DNA of 64,000 bases, taken from assembly GCA_038087875.1 (NCBI GenBank), contig CM075990.1, forward strand, positions 18,168,001 to 18,232,000. The letters are read 5' to 3'. This document shows positions 60,201 to 64,000 of this stretch, piece by piece (the stretch's first letter is position 1; each line of letters begins with the position of its first letter). The notes under the pieces were generated by a model. That model did not search any database and had not been told where the DNA came from. It saw only the letters and a list, made by a program, of their open reading frames with translations. The position numbers and the translations under genes are program-made. Source of the DNA: Malacoraja senta. Taxonomy: Eukaryota.

Positions 60201-63200
60201 TAGGGTTAGGGTTAGGGTTAGGGTTAGGGTTAGGGTTAGGGTTAGGGTTAGGGTTAGGGTTAGGGTTAGGGTTAGGGTTAGGGTTAGGGTTAGGGTTAGG
60301 GTTAGGGTTAGGGTTAGGGTTAGGGTTAGGGTTAGGGTTAGGGTTAGGGTTAGGGTTAGGGTTAGGGTTAGGGTTAGGGTTAGGGTTAGGGTTAGGGTTA
60401 GGGTTAGGGTTAGGGTTAGGGTTAGGGTTAGGGTTAGGGTTAGGGTTAGGGTTAGGGTTAGGGTTAGGGTTAGGGTTAGGGTTAGGGTTAGGGTTAGGGT
60501 TAGGGTTAGGGTTAGGGTTAGGGTTAGGGTTAGGGTTAGGGTTAGGGTTAGGGTTAGGGTTAGGGTTAGGGTTAGGGTTAGGGTTAGGGTTAGGGTTAGG
60601 GTTAGGGTTAGGGTTAGGGTTAGGGTTAGGGTTAGGGTTAGGGTTAGGGTTAGGGTTAGGGTTAGGGTTAGGGTTAGGGTTAGGGTTAGGGTTAGGGTTA
60701 GGGTTAGGGTTAGGGTTAGGGTTAGGGTTAGGGTTAGGGTTAGGGTTAGGGTTAGGGTTAGGGTTAGGGTTAGGGTTAGGGTTAGGGTTAGGGTTAGGGT
60801 TAGGGTTAGGGTTAGGGTTAGGGTTAGGGTTAGGGTTAGGGTTAGGGTTAGGGTTAGGGTTAGGGTTAGGGTTAGGGTTAGGGTTAGGGTTAGGGTTAGG
60901 GTTAGGGTTAGGGTTAGGGTTAGGGTTAGGGTTAGGGTTAGGGTTAGGGTTAGGGTTAGGGTTAGGGTTAGGGTTAGGGTTAGGGTTAGGGTTAGGGTTA
61001 GGGTTAGGGTTAGGGTTAGGGTTAGGGTTAGGGTTAGGGTTAGGGTTAGGGTTAGGGTTAGGGTTAGGGTTAGGGTTAGGGTTAGGGTTAGGGTTAGGGT
61101 TAGGGTTAGGGTTAGGGTTAGGGTTAGGGTTAGGGTTAGGGTTAGGGTTAGGGTTAGGGTTAGGGTTAGGGTTAGGGTTAGGGTTAGGGTTAGGGTTAGG
61201 GTTAGGGTTAGGGTTAGGGTTAGGGTTAGGGTTAGGGTTAGGGTTAGGGTTAGGGTTAGGGTTAGGGTTAGGGTTAGGGTTAGGGTTAGGGTTAGGGTTA
61301 GGGTTAGGGTTAGGGTTAGGGTTAGGGTTAGGGTTAGGGTTAGGGTTAGGGTTAGGGTTAGGGTTAGGGTTAGGGTTAGGGTTAGGGTTAGGGTTAGGGT
61401 TAGGGTTAGGGTTAGGGTTAGGGTTAGGGTTAGGGTTAGGGTTAGGGTTAGGGTTAGGGTTAGGGTTAGGGTTAGGGTTAGGGTTAGGGTTAGGGTTAGG
61501 GTTAGGGTTAGGGTTAGGGTTAGGGTTAGGGTTAGGGTTAGGGTTAGGGTTAGGGTTAGGGTTAGGGTTAGGGTTAGGGTTAGGGTTAGGGTTAGGGTTA
61601 GGGTTAGGGTTAGGGTTAGGGTTAGGGTTAGGGTTAGGGTTAGGGTTAGGGTTAGGGTTAGGGTTAGGGTTAGGGTTAGGGTTAGGGTTAGGGTTAGGGT
61701 TAGGGTTAGGGTTAGGGTTAGGGTTAGGGTTAGGGTTAGGGTTAGGGTTAGGGTTAGGGTTAGGGTTAGGGTTAGGGTTAGGGTTAGGGTTAGGGTTAGG
61801 GTTAGGGTTAGGGTTAGGGTTAGGGTTAGGGTTAGGGTTAGGGTTAGGGTTAGGGTTAGGGTTAGGGTTAGGGTTAGGGTTAGGGTTAGGGTTAGGGTTA
61901 GGGTTAGGGTTAGGGTTAGGGTTAGGGTTAGGGTTAGGGTTAGGGTTAGGGTTAGGGTTAGGGTTAGGGTTAGGGTTAGGGTTAGGGTTAGGGTTAGGGT
62001 TAGGGTTAGGGTTAGGGTTAGGGTTAGGGTTAGGGTTAGGGTTAGGGTTAGGGTTAGGGTTAGGGTTAGGGTTAGGGTTAGGGTTAGGGTTAGGGTTAGG
62101 GTTAGGGTTAGGGTTAGGGTTAGGGTTAGGGTTAGGGTTAGGGTTAGGGTTAGGGTTAGGGTTAGGGTTAGGGTTAGGGTTAGGGTTAGGGTTAGGGTTA
62201 GGGTTAGGGTTAGGGTTAGGGTTAGGGTTAGGGTTAGGGTTAGGGTTAGGGTTAGGGTTAGGGTTAGGGTTAGGGTTAGGGTTAGGGTTAGGGTTAGGGT
62301 TAGGGTTAGGGTTAGGGTTAGGGTTAGGGTTAGGGTTAGGGTTAGGGTTAGGGTTAGGGTTAGGGTTAGGGTTAGGGTTAGGGTTAGGGTTAGGGTTAGG
62401 GTTAGGGTTAGGGTTAGGGTTAGGGTTAGGGTTAGGGTTAGGGTTAGGGTTAGGGTTAGGGTTAGGGTTAGGGTTAGGGTTAGGGTTAGGGTTAGGGTTA
62501 GGGTTAGGGTTAGGGTTAGGGTTAGGGTTAGGGTTAGGGTTAGGGTTAGGGTTAGGGTTAGGGTTAGGGTTAGGGTTAGGGTTAGGGTTAGGGTTAGGGT
62601 TAGGGTTAGGGTTAGGGTTAGGGTTAGGGTTAGGGTTAGGGTTAGGGTTAGGGTTAGGGTTAGGGTTAGGGTTAGGGTTAGGGTTAGGGTTAGGGTTAGG
62701 GTTAGGGTTAGGGTTAGGGTTAGGGTTAGGGTTAGGGTTAGGGTTAGGGTTAGGGTTAGGGTTAGGGTTAGGGTTAGGGTTAGGGTTAGGGTTAGGGTTA
62801 GGGTTAGGGTTAGGGTTAGGGTTAGGGTTAGGGTTAGGGTTAGGGTTAGGGTTAGGGTTAGGGTTAGGGTTAGGGTTAGGGTTAGGGTTAGGGTTAGGGT
62901 TAGGGTTAGGGTTAGGGTTAGGGTTAGGGTTAGGGTTAGGGTTAGGGTTAGGGTTAGGGTTAGGGTTAGGGTTAGGGTTAGGGTTAGGGTTAGGGTTAGG
63001 GTTAGGGTTAGGGTTAGGGTTAGGGTTAGGGTTAGGGTTAGGGTTAGGGTTAGGGTTAGGGTTAGGGTTAGGGTTAGGGTTAGGGTTAGGGTTAGGGTTA
63101 GGGTTAGGGTTAGGGTTAGGGTTAGGGTTAGGGTTAGGGTTAGGGTTAGGGTTAGGGTTAGGGTTAGGGTTAGGGTTAGGGTTAGGGTTAGGGTTAGGGT

Positions 63201-64000
63201 TAGGGTTAGGGTTAGGGTTAGGGTTAGGGTTAGGGTTAGGGTTAGGGTTAGGGTTAGGGTTAGGGTTAGGGTTAGGGTTAGGGTTAGGGTTAGGGTTAGG
63301 GTTAGGGTTAGGGTTAGGGTTAGGGTTAGGGTTAGGGTTAGGGTTAGGGTTAGGGTTAGGGTTAGGGTTAGGGTTAGGGTTAGGGTTAGGGTTAGGGTTA
63401 GGGTTAGGGTTAGGGTTAGGGTTAGGGTTAGGGTTAGGGTTAGGGTTAGGGTTAGGGTTAGGGTTAGGGTTAGGGTTAGGGTTAGGGTTAGGGTTAGGGT
63501 TAGGGTTAGGGTTAGGGTTAGGGTTAGGGTTAGGGTTAGGGTTAGGGTTAGGGTTAGGGTTAGGGTTAGGGTTAGGGTTAGGGTTAGGGTTAGGGTTAGG
63601 GTTAGGGTTAGGGTTAGGGTTAGGGTTAGGGTTAGGGTTAGGGTTAGGGTTAGGGTTAGGGTTAGGGTTAGGGTTAGGGTTAGGGTTAGGGTTAGGGTTA
63701 GGGTTAGGGTTAGGGTTAGGGTTAGGGTTAGGGTTAGGGTTAGGGTTAGGGTTAGGGTTAGGGTTAGGGTTAGGGTTAGGGTTAGGGTTAGGGTTAGGGT
63801 TAGGGTTAGGGTTAGGGTTAGGGTTAGGGTTAGGGTTAGGGTTAGGGTTAGGGTTAGGGTTAGGGTTAGGGTTAGGGTTAGGGTTAGGGTTAGGGTTAGG
63901 GTTAGGGTTAGGGTTAGGGTTAGGGTTAGGGTTAGGGTTAGGGTTAGGGTTAGGGTTAGGGTTAGGGTTAGGGTTAGGGTTAGGGTTAGGGTTAGGGTTA
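50420..64000 (+). repeat. Canonical vertebrate telomere array (TTAGGG)n, >13.5 kb, running off the window end
   Basis: The G-rich strand runs 5'->3' toward the window end. Scattered 1-nt indel variants occur at 50420-51680, and one TTGGG at ~56103. Confidence 0.99.

Overview
Vertebrate chromosome end, probably a cartilaginous fish (skate/ray-type CR1 LINEs and an HE1-like V-SINE; the taxon is inferred). No intact host protein-coding gene is present. Layout, proximal to distal: (1) 1-40833 is a subtelomeric higher-order repeat (HOR) of about 15.5 kb in 2.5 near-identical copies. Each full copy has several diverged ~1.8-kb monomers plus a ~7-kb cassette of nested CR1 LINEs, a SINE and a minisatellite; copy 2 has an extra 2.3-kb internal duplication. 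(2) 40724-44973 holds more diverged, non-HOR monomers, one with a TSD-flanked 281-bp insertion. (3) About 400 bp of unique junction DNA has a direct repeat and a predicted multi-stem fold. (4) A layered telomere follows: 208 exact copies of the CpG-containing 16-mer TTAGGGTTTAGAGTCG, a TCAGGG block, a patterned TATTAGGG/TTAGGG block, then >13.5 kb of (TTAGGG)n to the window end. The 1.8-kb monomer contains an inverted pair of degenerate hammerhead/Penelope-like repeats around an AT-rich spacer, a CpG-rich segment, and short Gly-rich exon-like modules oriented toward the telomere.
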